DNA from: Felis catus
Lineage: Eukaryota
Length of the DNA stretch: 64,000 nucleotides
Reading direction: 5' to 3'
NCBI RefSeq assembly: GCF_018350175.1
Contig: NC_058368.1
Span: 210,182,001-210,246,000, forward strand
A model generated the notes under the pieces. That model did no database searches, was not told the DNA's origin, and saw nothing but the letters and a program-made list of their open reading frames with translations. Made by a program: the position numbers and the translations under genes. The first letter of the stretch is position 1. Each line of letters starts with the position of its first letter. Positions 49,646 to 64,000 of the stretch are shown one piece after another.

Positions 49646-52600
49646 GTTTGGGTGCGTGTATGGGTGCGTGTGTGTGCATGCATAAGCAGAGGAGGAGCAG
49701 AGAGAGAAGCAAAGAGAGCATCTCAAGCAGGCTCTGCTCTCCAGGAACTGTGAGATCATGACTTGAGCTGGAACCAAGAGTCACTTAATCAACCTAGCCA
49801 CCCCTGAAGGCACTCCTAGTTGTTGTTGTTGTTTTTTAATCTTTATAATGGGATGGAATAATTTCATTTAGCAGTCCCTTTATTACTGGATTAAATTATT
49901 CATAGTTATTACCTTCCTAACATATTTGGGAAATCCTAGCACCTTGGATTTTGTTTCCCTTAACAGTGTTTCCTGCAGTGATGGTGTAGCTTAGGTTGTG
50001 GTTCTTGGGCAGGTAATACTTTTGCCACATGGTGTGCAATGAATGTAGTATATATGAATATTTATCAAATTAAAGAACATGATCTCCTCCAGGGCTTTCT
50101 AACAGAGTCTCACTCCTCTCAAATCTTTCAGATACAGGCACCAGAGTGGTCTATCTAAAGTGAACATCTGGCCAGTTTACTCCTCTGCTTAGAACTACTC
50201 AAAAGCTCCCCATAACCTGTAGAGTCACCTAGGAAGTTTGTTAAAACGCAGATGCCTGAACCTTTGCACCCCAAGATTCTGATTCAGTTTGTGGAGACTC
50301 CAGACTCTGCCTTTATCAACCACACACCCTTAAGGTTGTTGGCTCTGTCCAGGGGACTTCATTTTTAATAAGCTCTCCAGGTTTGCAGGTGGTCCCCAGA
50401 TCACACTTTGAGAAACACTGCTCTATGGGAACCTTCATGATCCTTACTTAGTATGCCAAACAAGGCCCTTCATGAACTGGCTCCCGTATGCCTGTTGAGC
50501 TTTATTTCTAATCAGTTTTTGTCTCGAACTTCATTTTCCACTAATTTCAAACTGTTTTAATTTTCATTAGGTGCTGTGCTGATTTAATTTTATGTATTTA
50601 TGGATTAGTGCATTAAAATGTTCAAAATGTAAAAGATACAGAAGGCTATACAATGAAAAGTCTCTTATTCTTATTACTGGGCACTGTGTTTTTGTCCCTG
50701 GAAGTAGCCAGTGTTATCAGTTCCTTGTGTTTCCTTCCAGAAATAATCCATACATACAAATCAACACAATGAAACATTATTTTTCTTTGTCCCACCCCTT
50801 TTTACTTTGTGATAACATAATATTTAAGCTATTCTGCACCTTGTTCTTTCTTTAAAATAGTATGTGTGGGAGTCCATTGTGTGCATGTCTTAATTTATTA
50901 AAATAGATTCTGTAATGGGGGTGCCTGGTGGGCTCATTCTGTTAGGCTTCTGATTTTGGCTCAGGTCATGATCTCAGATTTGTGAGTTTGAGCCCCACAT
51001 TGGTCTCGCTGCTGTCAGTGCAGAGCCCACTTTGGATCTTTTGTCCACCCCCCCCATGTCTCTACCCCTCCCCTGCTTGCATGCATGCACACTCTCTCCC
51101 TACCCCCCCAAAAATAAACATTAAAATACATTCTATAGTGAATAACGTGTGTGTTAATTTATGTATGTGTGAACCAGGCTCTAAGATAAATACCTAAAAG
51201 TGGAATTGCTGAGTCAAAAGGCATGTACATTTGAAATTTTAATGGGTATTGCTAAATTTCTTCCCTTCAAGGCTGTACCAATGTATACCTTCCCCAGCAA
51301 TGGATGAAAGTTACTGTTATTCCACAAGAAGTTTATCACATTTTGGAGTTTTACCAAGCTGGGAGGTGAAAAAAATGGTATTTCAGGGTGGTTTGATTTG
51401 TATCTGTTAGTGTCTTTTCCTCTGCAGCCTATTTTAGTGTGAATATTTCTCTTTCCTCTAACCAAATTCCTTTGAGGTCAAGCTCCAGATGTTACTGTCA
51501 TAGGAAGCCTTCCTTTGTAACCTTGCTGTGCCCCTCTTTGGCCACAAAGTTGTGTTCGGTACTCTTCACTGTATCTTCCCAATACTTACACATTTGAGCT
51601 TTCCACCTTTGAGTATAATCTGATTATTTTCTTCTCTAGACTTCAGGGCAAAGACTGCATCTTATTCATCATCCTCTCCACCTTCCCATCCCCACCAAAA
51701 AAGGTAGTAAAACGTTTGTCTTTTTAAAAGTTATTTTTAGTTCTTTTCTCTTGGAGGCTTCCAGTCCAGAGCCGTATTTCCAGCTATCATTCTTCCGAAA
51801 GACGTTAGCTGCTGAAATCTTAAGATAGAGGTTACCAACGTGAGTTTCCTGGAAGAGGCTTCATGTGTTAAACATGAGCTGAAACAAAACAGGATTTTTA
51901 TTTGACCATGGGATTTTGGGAGGGGGACAGAAAAATGTGTCAAATTTTGTGCGATACAACTTGGAAAATAGAGACTTACAGTACACTCCTTCCCATAAAT
52001 ATTTGTCGTTAAATGGGAGACCCAGAAAGATGTAAAAGGGTTGAATATTACAGTAGCTGAAATTCCACCACTAACGTAATCATTGACCAGTGTGCTTTAG
52101 AGCCCTGATTTTCAGGCTTTTCTTATCAGGATTACCTAGGGGAGGTTTTCAAAACTACAAATATGTGGCCAGCCATGAGACTGTAAACAACATAATTTCT
52201 TACTGTGATCCCTTTTCCTGTGTTTTTAATTATATGAATTAAGTTTTGAGTAAAAAAGTGTTTATCAATGCACATTAGTATCTTCTTAGCTAGTAAGGTG
52301 TAAGTTAACTTTATTTTTCGCTATCACTGATCTTTGTAATACGTAATAGGTGTATTTCAAAATATCACCAAATGTGCCAGTTATTTCATGCCTTAGGAAA
52401 GTTCATTATATATGATGTGGATTGTGCAGGAGATTAGACCAACCTCCATAAGACATTTGCATTCAAGGAGAGGTTAGTCAATTGGATTTCTTCTTCCTAA
52501 CTGCAAGTTGGTAGAATTAGGACATAGGAACAGAATAGTTCTTGGCCTGTGTAACTTAATCATTAAAATGAGGCTTAGTGCCCTAATGAGCATTTACATT

Positions 52601-54371
52601 TCCCAAGGAGGAGTGAAATCTATAGCTAATGTAGGGTTGTTAGGAGTCTCTAGTGGACAAGTCTTGGATTAAGAGCAGGGGCGCCTTGGGTGGCTCAGTC
52701 TTGGATCTGAAGGGGCGTCTGGGTGGCTCAGTCGGTTAGGCGTCCGACTTCAGGTCATGATCTCACAGTCTGTGAGTTCGAGCCCCACGTCGGGCTCTGG
52801 ACTGACAGCTTGGAGCCTGGAGCCTGCTTCGGATTCTGTGTCTCCCTCTCTGTCTGCACCTCCCTTGCTTGTGCTCTCTCTCTTTCTCTGCCTCTCAAAA
52901 ATAAACATTAAAAAAAACCTAAAAACAAAAAAACAAAAAAACAGGAGATCTGAGTTTGGATACTGGCACCAATCTATTAGCTTTGTAAACTGGATCAAGT
53001 AACCTAACCTCTTTCTATTTATCAGTCTCTGACTTTGAAATAGGTATAGTGTCTGTTTTTCCTTGTTTACATAATTTTTAGGAAGAGCAAATTGATTGAT
53101 AATTTACATAATTTAAAGCAGCATAATTAGGATTTTTAGCCACAATAATGATCATTATGTAAATGTCACCATTACTTACTAAATTTTGTACCTAAAATGG
53201 TACTGATTTGGTCACTTCAAAATAGGTTCCTTTGTAAAACAGATGGCTAAAGTAACTGAAGACTTATTGAATTTAACTTTTGCTCATGTTTTTTTTTTTT
53301 TTTTTAAAGCCCATTTCTTGGAGGAAGTGATAGTTTTGAATTGTTTACTTTCTTCTAAGAAGTATTTTTGTGGGGTGCCTGGGTGACTCAGTTTCTTGAG
53401 TCTCCAACTCTTTATTTTGGCTCAGGTCATGATTCCAGGGTTGTGAGATCGAGTCCGTGTTGGGTTCTGTGCTGAGTGTGGAACCTGCTTAAGATTCTCG
53501 CTCTCTCCCTCTACCCCTGTCCCCTGTTGTACTCTCTCTCTCTCTCTCTCTCAAAAAAAGTATTTTTGTAGTGGAGAAAATAATTATAAAAATTATGGTC
53601 TTTAAAAATAAGATCTAAAAATATGTTTAAAAATAAAACTTGCTTCCAGTGTCACTATTGCCAACATTCATGAAGTTTGTTGGTTAATTTGTTTAAAGTG
53701 TCACCTGTTCATTGAGCGCTTGCTAGGTTCTGGGGAACCACAGGTGAATAAAAGGGTTCCCAAATGTATGGAGAAAATATTTTAAATTGTGTTATAACTG
53801 TAAGTGGTCCACGGGAATACAGAGAAGGGAGGGAGTAATTTGGGAAAGGTAAGAATGAAAGAGAAAAAGATGACCTTTGCATTTTTTCAACTTTTAAGTA
53901 GACTTGCTAGTGATCTTTTTAAAGTTTAGACTTTCAGTTATGAAATGTTTTTACCACATAGAAAACTTTCAAAATAGACCCCTGTATATCCAGCTACTGA
54001 GACTTAACAGATACTAATATTTTGCCACATTTACTTGAGATACTTACAAAAAAATTTTTTTTAAATATTTATTTTTGAGAGAGAGAAACAGAGTGTGAGC
54101 AGGCGAGGGGCAGAGAGAAGGGGAGACACAGAATCCAGAGCAGGCTCCAGACTCTGAGCTGTCAGCAAAGAGCTGGACACAGGGCTCGAACCCACAAGCC
54201 ATGAGAACATGACCTGAGCCGAAGTCAGACCTTTAACCAACTGAGCCACCCAGGTGCCCCAATGCCAGAGATATTTTTAAAGGGAATGTTATAACTAAAG
54301 CCTTATCATTCCAACTTTTTCCCTCCCTGTGTCCCTAGAGGTAACCACTAGCCTGAAGTTGTTAAATATGA

Positions 54372-54402
<31 letters not shown>

Positions 54403-57400
54403 TATCTTTTTCATGCATATGTTATACATTTATTAATGTGACCATGCCCATAAAAAGTGTATTGTGTGTCTTAAAGTTACATCAATAATATATTCTTTAA
54501 ATTGTATACCTGTTCTTTAGAAATTTGCTTTTCTTATTCACATTGGTTTGAAACTTCTCTATTTTGATATATGTTAATTCATTTTAAGTGCTGTCAAGTA
54601 TTACACTGTTTGGATAATGAGGTTGTTTCTAGTTTTTTCTATTAAAAAATGCAATTAGAAGTACAAATAATATTTCCATAAGCACTGAACATCTCCCTGA
54701 TACCCCATGTTCTCATTAGCACTTGGTGGACTTTATTATTTTTGCCAATATGATGAGAGTGAAATGAGATCCTTTAAGTTTAGGGTATTTTAATTAAATA
54801 TTAAAGAATAAGGAAGAATTTATATGTCAAGGGTAGAGAACGGTACTAATGAGACAGTGGAGAAGTTAATCTTTGCCGGCCAAAAGAACTGAGATATTTC
54901 TGACTGTAATCTACAGTTGGAAAAATTTTACATATGACTCACTAAGTACATATACTCGTATTTGAAATAAAAGGTAATATGAAACAACTGAGCAGTTGCA
55001 TGTAGTAGAGTTTCTTTTTTTTTTTTTTTAATTTTTTTAATGTTGACTTATCTTTGAGAGAGACAGAGCGTGAGCGGGGAAGGGGTAGAGAGAGAGGGAG
55101 ACACAGAATCCGAAGCAGGCTCCAGGCTCCGAGCTGTCAGCACAGAGCCCGACACGGGGCTCGAACTCACGAGCTGTGAGATCATGACCTGAGCCGAAGT
55201 CGGACGCTCAACCGACTGAGCCACCCAGGCGCCCCTAGAGTTTATTCTTAATACCAGTGCTGCTTGTGATCAATAAATTGATGTGACAGCCATTTTAAGG
55301 GCAGTTTGAAAATCATTGTTCAAGAGTGAGTATATAGAAGGGAAACAGGTAGGCTGGACCTTATCAGGGTATTAAATGTCATGTGCAGGAGTTTGCTTTA
55401 TGTCCTAGTCATTTTCAGTGTTTTTTAGCAATAGAATACAACTGTCAGTCCTGTTCTCTTTCCCCACAAGAGGAGTGGAGGGTCAGTTTTTCTGAGACGT
55501 TAGCATTCTGGGCCTAGTATGAAAGCAGGCTTCTGGTAGTGGTGGTTAGGTTGGAGGACGGGGAAATAAAGACTTTTAAAGGAAGCAGTTAGAAATTCTG
55601 GAGGCAGGCTATTGCGTGACACCAGATAAGAGCTGATGTTGCCCAGAACTCAAGCAGTGGCAGCATGACTGTGGACAGATTGGACAGACAGTTTACAGGT
55701 ACGATTGTTGTTCTTCACCACTGACTGACTGTGGAGATTGAGTGTGAGGGAAGAATTAAAGGTGACGCCTGCGTTTATTCTGTTGCTTATATAAATGTAA
55801 GTATTATTAACTGGTATACGGGACTGAGAAGAGCAAATTTGAAGGAGGAATATGTAATCAGATTTAGGTGGTTGTGGGGAAAGGTACCTGATCTACCAAT
55901 GGGGGAGTATAAATGCTCACGTTGAAAATTTGAGCCGAAAGCTTAAAGGAAAGATGTGAGCTAACAGTGTATATTTCATAGTTGCCAGTGTATACTTGGG
56001 CCGTCAAGTCCTGCAGCAGGGAGGTAACTCCAAGAACACGAAGTGGAGCAGGTAAGAAAGTCAGAGATGGAACCTTGAGCAATCCCAATGTATGAGGGAA
56101 TGGGTAAACAGGATAAAAAGAGGAAGGCAGAAGTAGGAAGAGAATTATGGGGAAAGTAAAGGTGAGTGCCTGGGAGGAAGGCTAAGTGAAACTGAAATGA
56201 TCTAAGATAAATGCCAATATAGCTGGAGAAATATTTAGGGTTCACTGTACCAGGCCTGATCATGCTAAGTGGAATAGTTTACTTTCTAGCTGTTGACTAG
56301 GTGTTTCTCATCAGTGTAAGGCAGTTTTGAGTTAACAGTGTACCATTTAGTTAAGTGGGTACTCTTTTTAAGAGTGCTTCAATTCTGCCTAGTGAGTTTA
56401 CATACCAAACAAACAGGTCATTGTCTCAAAAAGTTTGTGTATTTCTTATGTGTTAAATTTGAAAAGACTGTTTCCTTCCCTTACTGAGCTTTCCTGTGAC
56501 TTATTACAGAGAGTAGAAAGTAGTAACATTCAGCTGACTAGTAAAATAAGTTAAAAATTTGTTTCGTAATAAACTCAGTTTAGGTCAAGTAAAAATACCT
56601 ATGATACTTTAATAAAAGCAGTTGGATCATTTAGGAAATAACCTATCACATCTAACTTTAATGTGGACAAATTTTTGTTGGTTTAGAATCCATTTTTCCG
56701 TTCATGCTTTGTTGTATTTTAACTTTCAGGCTACTTGGGCAGAAGTGATGTTTGCTTTTGGAAATTTTGTAGGAGAAACTCTTTTTTGCTTGTTTGTTAT
56801 TTTTTTAATGCTTATTATTTAATGTTTATTTTTGAGAGAGAGAGAGTGTGAGTGGGGCAGGGGCAGAGAGAGGGGGAGACACAGAATCTGAAGCAGGCTC
56901 CAGGCCGCGAGCTGTTGGCACAGACCCTGACGTGGGACTTGAACCCACTAACCACGAGATCATGACCTGAGCTGACATTGGATGCTTAACTGACTGAGAC
57001 ACTCAGACGCCCCACAATATGCTTTTTAATTCTGGCATTCACTCTACTGGACAAATTTCCTACTTGATTAAATGGATGTTCATTGAAGATATTTCTAAAC
57101 TTCTCTCTCAACATTTTATTTACTTTTATTTTATTTAGAAGACATATACTTTAAAAGGAGAATATTAATGGTACGGTAGTAACATTATAAAATGTCACTC
57201 CAATGGACTAGGAAAGATAATTCTTGAATGATATATGTCTTTATATCTAAATGTTATCCAATTTCAGTGAGCTAACCAGTCCTTTGTTTGGATTGTGTGG
57301 GGTAAATTCCAAATAGAGTTCATAAATCTGAACAGAAGAGAGCTGCAAATCCAAGTGGAGTAAAGGTCATCTAACTGCCTTCTAAAATATTAGAAGATTA

Positions 57401-57681
57401 GTTTATCTTTGGTCTTCGAGTAGCCGTATGCAATGTGTTAAAAATCCATTTAAAAAATTGGTTGTAAAGTAAGCAAAAAAAATTTTTTTAATGCTTATTT
57501 ATTTTTGAGACAGAGCACGAGTGGGTTGGGGCAGAGAGAGAGGGAGACACAGAATCCTAAGCAGGCTCCAGGCTCTGAGCTGTCAGCACAGAGCCCAATA
57601 CGGGGCTTGAACTCACAAACTGTGAGATCGTGACCTGTGTTGAAGTCGGACGCTCAACCGACTGAACCACTCAGGTGCTCC
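49610..57681. mobile_element. Can-SINEs in NADK2 intron 1 (49610-49815 -, 50917-51125 +, 52712-52940 +, 53372-53558 +, 54055-54260 -, 55015-55235 -, 56815-57013 -, 57480-57681 -)
   Basis: SINE consensus in each interval; boundaries approximate. Confidence 0.88.
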
Positions 57682-57925
57682 AAATAGGCAAATTTTGAGA
57701 TCTTGTTAACTACGTGATTCAGGAAACTTAATGCTGTATTTGGTATTGAAACCAAATTATAATTTTCTGAAGTCAGGCTTTCTAGTTCAGTTTAAACTTG
57801 TAGTCCTACAAATATACCTTCAAAAAAAGATCTTTCGGTTTTTACATAGGGTTTTTTAAAGAGAGATGTTATACTGTGTACTATATGACATGTAATAAGA
57901 CAGAATTTGTTTTATTTTGATATAG

Positions 57926-58014
57926 CTTGCATTGAAAGGCTCTAGCTACAGTGGACTGCTTGAACGGCATCATATTCACACCAAAAATGTAGAGCATATT
58001 CTAGATAGTTTACG
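57926..58014 (+). CDS. NADK2: NADK2 exon 2
   Basis: atatag|..|gtgagt; LALKGSSYSGLLERHHIHTKNVEHILDSLR. Confidence 0.97.
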
Positions 58015-58886
58015 GTGAGTCATTGGGATTGGATCTTGGATGGGCTTTTGTATTCAGGACTTTTAATTTTTATTTTTACTAGAAGATGATCCTGTGATTT
58101 TTAGTAAAGATTTCCATTATAAAATAATTTTCAGAAAATTATATTGTGGTTAATGGAGTTGACATTGTAGTGTTTCTAAGGACATTTTTGTACTCTGAAA
58201 ATTTCACAGATTTTCAGTTAATATTTGGTCTGAGAAGTGCGTTTTCCACAGAGACAATTCTGTATACATTATGCTTGAACTGTGTATGTTATGTTTTTTT
58301 AAACAATACTAGATTATATGGGTGTTCATTAAAATATTATTTGAATGTCTGAATATCATAGAAACTTCAGTTAATTCAATTAATGCAGTCAGTGAATAAG
58401 TTTATATAAGAGAATCAGTGTGAGAACATGCAAAGTAGAAAGTATTTTAGTCACTGTTTCAGCGTCTGACAACTGAATGAATATTTTGGATTTAAAGTAA
58501 TGACTATTTTGTTTTATAATTAGAAGTCTCTCAAGATGTGACTCTTCTAGGACATTTTTGTATTAATGAATTTTAGCATCAGGAATAGAGAAAATGAATT
58601 GAAATTCTCATTTATCAATATTGCTATTTGTCAGGGACTGTAACAACATGTTTTTAAAGCATGTAAAGATTTGGGATCATTATTAACTTTCAGTTTACTC
58701 TTGTGCATCTTGACTTACCATAGTTAATTGGCTGTTGTAATTAAAATGAAGCTAAGCTTGCAAAGCTAAACATAAATTTGTTTATAAAACAAGTTTATTT
58801 TACATCATTGTAATAATTTGCCTCTCAGAAAACATCCTTTAAATTATTAGTGGAAATTTTATGTAACGTTTACTTTCTTATCTTAG

Positions 58887-58975
58887 GAATGAGGGAATTG
58901 AGGTTCGCCTAGTAAAGAGGAGAGAATATGATGAAGAAATTGTTCGATGGGCAGATGCTGTCATAGCTGCAGGAG
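58887..58975 (+). CDS. NADK2: NADK2 exon 3
   Basis: tcttag|..|gtaata; NEGIEVRLVKRREYDEEIVRWADAVIAAG. Confidence 0.97.
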
Positions 58976-59526
58976 GTAATAGTTTTACAGAGGGAAAGAT
59001 TGGAATACAGAAATCCTCTTTAATATACATTTCCAGATACCCTGTAGTCTAGCTGTATTGAAGGCTTCAGAATCCTACCACAAGATGCATTTTTAGATTT
59101 TTAGGATAAGATTTAAAAAGATCTGCTATATGTAACATTTTGCTTTTTTAGTGAATGATGTTATTGTGAGGTTCCATGTATATTAAAGGTATGTTTAACT
59201 TCAAATATGATTCAAAGAATGAGTTGTAACTGTATTTTGGTTTAGTTATACTAGTCTTAAAAAAAAGTTGAAATTATTTAAGAGTTTAACAGGATTAGAT
59301 AAATTTCATCCCACTCTGACTCTCATATACTTATACCTATTTTTTCCTGAGCTTTATTATTAAGTTAGTAAACATTCTTTCTAAAGCTTTAAATTGATAG
59401 CATTTGTTAGAAAAATCTACACTGGACACTTTGTTAGATATATTCTCATTAAAATATTTTATGAGTTTGGATTGATGTTATGACAGAAAGAAAAAGAATT
59501 GGCTAATAGAAGTGATAGGATTAGAG

Positions 59527-59675
59527 CAGTAGTTCCCAACTGGAGGCTACTACTGGGCATCTAGCATGTAGAGGCCATGGATACTGCTGAACATCCTGTT
59601 ATGCACAGGACAGCCCCCCACAACAAAGAATTATCTGGCCTAAAATGTCAGTCTTGCCACTGTTGAGAAATCCTG
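59527..59675. mobile_element. MER20-like hAT DNA element
   Basis: ggcatctag..gaggcca..gctgaacatcct..gcacaggacagccccccacaacaaagaattatctggcc..gttgagaaatcctg. Confidence 0.8.
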
Positions 59676-59816
59676 GGTTAGGGCTGGTGGGTAGAAAGGC
59701 AGTGGAGAGGTCTCTGGTGGTCAACAGGATGGGGTGGGAGTGAGATTGTTAAAATAAAAGTACTTGTGTTCAGAATGATGTTAAAAACTAGTTTTGTAAC
59801 AAATCTGGTTATGTAG

Positions 59817-59898
59817 GTGATGGCACGATGCTTCTGGCGGCAAGTAAAGTCTTGGACAGACTTAAACCAGTTATTGGAGTAAACACTGATCCAGAACG
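59817..59898 (+). CDS. NADK2: NADK2 exon 4 (gene continues beyond window)
   Basis: atgtag|..|gtaagg; GDGTMLLAASKVLDRLKPVIGVNTDPER, completing the NAD-kinase GGDG motif. Confidence 0.97.
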
Positions 59899-59926
59899 GT
59901 AAGGAAAAACACATTCTTTTTATTTG

Positions 59927-59973
<47 letters not shown>

Positions 59974-61960
59974 GTACATACAGTTATACTTTGCTTAGTA
60001 TCTATTTCTGATAAATCTTAAATTTTGGAAGGTCTTTATTTCCTCTACCGTAGTCACATTGCTGTGCTCTGTTGCTGCAGAGAGTTTACTGTGGTGCATG
60101 ATGTTTAAGTGAAAGCATCATTGTTCCTGGTTATCATGAATATTAGAACCATGTTCCAAAAAAATTTTAGAGATGAAATTCAGGCATGTAGAATTCATTT
60201 CTACTTTTAGTACAATTTTTCTTCTTTTTTAAAAAAAATTTTTTTTCAGCGTTTTTATTTATTTTTGGGACAGAGAGAGACAGAGCATGAATGGGGGAGG
60301 GGCAGAGAGAGAGGGAGACACAGAATCGGAAACAGGCTCCAGGCTCTGAGCCATCAGCCCAGAGCCTGACGCGGGGCTCGAACTCATAGACCGCGAGATC
60401 GTGACCTGGCTGAAGTCGGATGCTTAACCGACTGCGCCACCCAGGCACCCCAGCAATTTTTCTTCTTTAGTACAAGTTGTTTCCAAGGATCTAGCTCTTG
60501 CTTATAGCTCAGGCATGAGAAATATATATGCATTTAGCTGCCATTGGTGGTAGAAAATTATGATATGGGATGGACAGGTCCTCACATTTGACTTCCCAGG
60601 TAGTCTGGGAGTAGGATCTGTGGCAGGATAGACCTGAGCCCTTGACCTAGGTGAGTATTGGTGTCCTTCAGTATTGCTGAAGAGGGATGAGTTAATGTCC
60701 CATCTTCTACCTTTCTTATGTCTCTCATCTCCATTCCTGGTTATATCTCCACTGATTTTCTGGGTGACTTCATCAATTTAATGAAGAGACCAAACCCTGT
60801 CATCACTTCTTTTTTCCTTTTCTCAGCTTCACTGACATTTAGCATCATTCTATTCCAGCCACCCACAGTATGACCATACCTGGACTTGATGATCATCTAG
60901 AATTGCCCCATCTTGCAAATCTTAATTCCACTCTGACCACAGTCTCCTATCTTTAATAGCAGTCTTATTCCCTCAATTCTGCTAAGTCTGCCCTTTGGTT
61001 TTCAGTGCATTGAACCCCTCTATTTCCTTCAATTAATTTTCCCTCACTTCATTCACTTGCTTGACAAATTTCGTAGACATTTTGTACCATTGTCTTTCTG
61101 CTCAATCCTACCTCTGTCGATCATCCTTTTTATTCCTCCATCAGCACTGCTGAGGCCATCTGGGTAAAAAAATAGAAACTTAAGTTTCGTGGCCTAGTTT
61201 GCGCCCCAACTTACTTCCAATTTGTAGTTTCTAGCACTTAGAACTGGACCCAAAATTTTCTATGTGGCTCAGGTCCTCTCTTTTCCCCATTCTGTGTGGT
61301 AGCTTCTTCAAGGCTATTTAACTTGTATATATTCCCTGCTTTCCCTACCCTTCCTCCTTCAGCATTAGCCTTCTCCTTTACCTGATAGAGGAAATGGAAG
61401 TCATTGGATAAGAACTTCTTTACCTTTTCCCTGGCTTAAAATAAAAACCTTGTTCTGTTCCCTTTCTTTCCTTTTCTCCCTTTGCACATGGTTCCTCTTA
61501 GGCTAAAACCTTGCTCAAGACTGTCATCTTTTAAGAAAATTTAATAAATTCTTTACCCTGTGCCTTTCTCTTGATTATTATTCTTTTTCTTCCTCTTTAC
61601 CCCCAAGCTTGGTATCTCCACTTACTTACTTCAGTTTTTTTAAACCTTTGCTAGCTTTTCTGGATTTGCTCCCACCAGTTCATTGACATTCTTTTTGTCT
61701 TACTAGTGATGTCCTGGTTATTGAACTTACTGGACATTTTAGTCCTTGTCTAACTTGATTTCTGGGAAATTTTTGGTGCTGACTTCTCCTTTAATGCATC
61801 TGTACTTCTTTGGCACTTATGACTGCCATTTCCCCCCTTGCCCCTTCTTCCTATCCTGATGGCTACTACTTTGTGTCTTTTGAAGGATGTTATATTTTAG
61901 TCACGGCTTAAATAGTGGTGTTTTTATATATCACCCTCTGGGCCATCTTTCTCTCACTCC

Positions 61961-62955
61961 TTTTTTTTTTTTTTTAATTTTTGATAGAGACAGAGTACAA
62001 GTGGGGGAGGGGCAGAGAGAGAAGGAGACACAGAATCCGAAGCAGGCTCTAGGCTCTAGGCTCTGAGCTGTCATCACAGAGCCCGACCTGGGGCTCAAAC
62101 TCACTGTGAGACCATGAACTGAATTTGGACACTCAACCGACTGAGCCACCCAGGCACCCCTCTCTTTCACTCTTTATAATGTCTCCAGAATAGCTGATTA
62201 ATATCTCTGGTTGAACTTAGATCGTGGACTCCAAAATATATCTAACATTGATCTTGTTTCCACTCTTACCCGTATTTATATTCTCTTCCCACTGCAGCCA
62301 GAGTGACTTCTCTGCTCCAAATCTTATGGTGGCTCCCTTATCTAACTCAGAGTACAATCTAATTCTTTATTCTGGCTAGGGTGACCAACTCATCCTGGTT
62401 TGCCAAGGACTTTTCTAGTTTTAGCACCAAAAGTTCTATGTCCTGGGAAAATTGTCAGTCTCAGGCAAACTGGAACAGTTGGTCTCCTTCGCTGTGATAT
62501 GTAAGACTCTACGTTTTCTGGCTCCTCATTATTCTTTGTCCTTTTCTCCTGTTATTTTTCTCTTATTTGAGCCATTCTACCCTCTACTTGAATGTATCCA
62601 TTGGCATTAAAAATGTAACATGTCTGAGCGCCTGGCTGGCCCAGTCCGTAGAGCATGTGGCTTTTTTTTTTTTTAATGTTTATCTTTGAGAGAGAGAGAG
62701 AGAGAAAGAAAGAGAGGGAAGGAGGAAGGGAAAGAGAGGGAGACAGAGAATCCTGAGCAGGCTCCGCACCATCAGTGTGGAGTCTGACATGGGGCTCGAA
62801 CTCATGAACGGTGTGATCATGACCTGAGCTGAATCAAGAGTCGGGTACTTAACTAACTGACCCACCCAGGTGCCCCATGTGAGTCTTAATCTCAGAGTCA
62901 TGAGTTTAAGCCTCACATTGGGCATGGAGCCTATTAAAAAAATAAATAAATAAAT
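61961..62955. mobile_element. Can-SINEs: 61961-62160 (-) and a nested pair (- copy 62662-62876 inside + copy 62627-62955)
   Basis: SINE consensus; host head gagcgcctggctggcccagtc resumes after the inserted copy. Confidence 0.82.
62378..62487. mobile_element. MER94-like hAT MITE
   Basis: Terminal inverted repeats agggtgaccaact..agttggtctcct; about 110 bp. Confidence 0.7.
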
Positions 62956-63499
62956 AACATGCCTGCAAATGAACCTATGTCCTTTGCCCTCCCCTACCAT
63001 ACTCGATGAATGGAGTCATAACCTGTGCTAAAGCTGTGACCACCTGTCCTTCATCCACCCCCTCACCCCCACCCCATCCCCACCTTACCACACTGGTCTA
63101 TGGATCTAATTCTGAGTTCTTGGGATCTTACCTTTGAGTCCATCTCTTGCCATCGTCACTGCTAATGAACACCGTGTAGGCGTTGATAGTTTGTTGTTTA
63201 AATTACCACAGTAGCTCCCAGTCTTGCTCTTTCCAACCCATCCATTACACTTTGTCTTCATGTTACTCCAAAGTACAAATAGTGTATCCACTCCTAAATT
63301 AGAGTCTTTTAGGCTTTCCCATGACTTTTAGGATACATTGCAAATTCCTTAGTATAATAGTATGATCTTTCACCATCTGTTGCCTATTTGCTTTTTAGTT
63401 TAATCTATCCTCATTTACTGTATGCTCTTCAGTAAAAAACAAAACAACAACAAAAAAACCACCTCTAGGAACAGCCTAGGATTCTTCCTAAGGCTGTTT

Positions 63500-64000
63500 C
63501 TTTTTTTTTTTTTTTTGAATCGCATCTTTTCTCCCAGTTTTGTTGAGATATAATTGACATGCAGACTGCATAAATTTCAACGTTTATTTATTTTTGGGAC
63601 AGAGAGAGACAGAGCATGAACGGGGGAGGGGCAGAGAGAGAGGGAGACACAGAATCGGAAACAGGCTCCAGGCTCTGAGCCATCAGCCCAGAGCCCGACG
63701 TGGGGCTCGAACTCACGGACCGTGAGATCGTGACCTGGCTGAAGTCGGACGCTTAACCGACTGCGCCACCCAGGCGCCCCCAGACTGCATAAATTTAAGG
63801 TGTAACGCATAATGACTTATACATAATGTGAAATGATTGCTACAGTAAATTTACTTATCTCATATAGACATGAAAAAAAAGGGCTTTTTTTTTGTGATGA
63901 GAACTCTTAGGATCTACTCTTTTAATAACTTTCAGATATACTATACAGCAGTGTTAGCTGTAGTCATCCTGTTGTCCATTACATCCCCAGTACTTACGGT
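63500..64000 (-). mobile_element. L1 3' end fragment with a young SINE (63575-63780) inserted
   Basis: poly(T), ttgagatataattgacat..; SINE flanked by TSD cagactgcataaattt. Confidence 0.8.

Noticed and set aside
745..63810. Many short ORFs such as GAWVAQ..SAQVMIS and APGWRSRLSVRLQPG
   Set aside because: They are translations of Can-SINE sequence, not genes.

Overview
Felid (cat-like) genomic DNA, judged from the dense Can-SINE/SINEC_Fc and carnivore L1 content. The + strand carries RANBP3L coding exons 2-14 (15814-38852, open in frame; exon 1 not found and probably upstream of the window), then the CpG-island promoter and exons 1-4 of NADK2 (ATG 46477). The main new observation is on the - strand: about 17 decayed exons (29315 down to about 2945), interleaved with RANBP3L exons without overlapping them. 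Most keep AG/GT boundaries and consistent phases, but they carry more than 30 in-frame stops, frameshifts and SINE insertions. Their translation follows the GREB1/GREB1L protein in order, from an MGKSF start to a TAGT glycosyltransferase-like region, suggesting an unannotated unitary pseudogene of a third, very divergent GREB1-family gene. That homology was judged by eye against the remembered GREB1 sequence and needs an HMM/BLAST check. Smaller items include an in-frame splice-acceptor shift in RANBP3L exon 10, a 35-nt U2 retro-fragment and several nested or re-targeted retroelement insertions.
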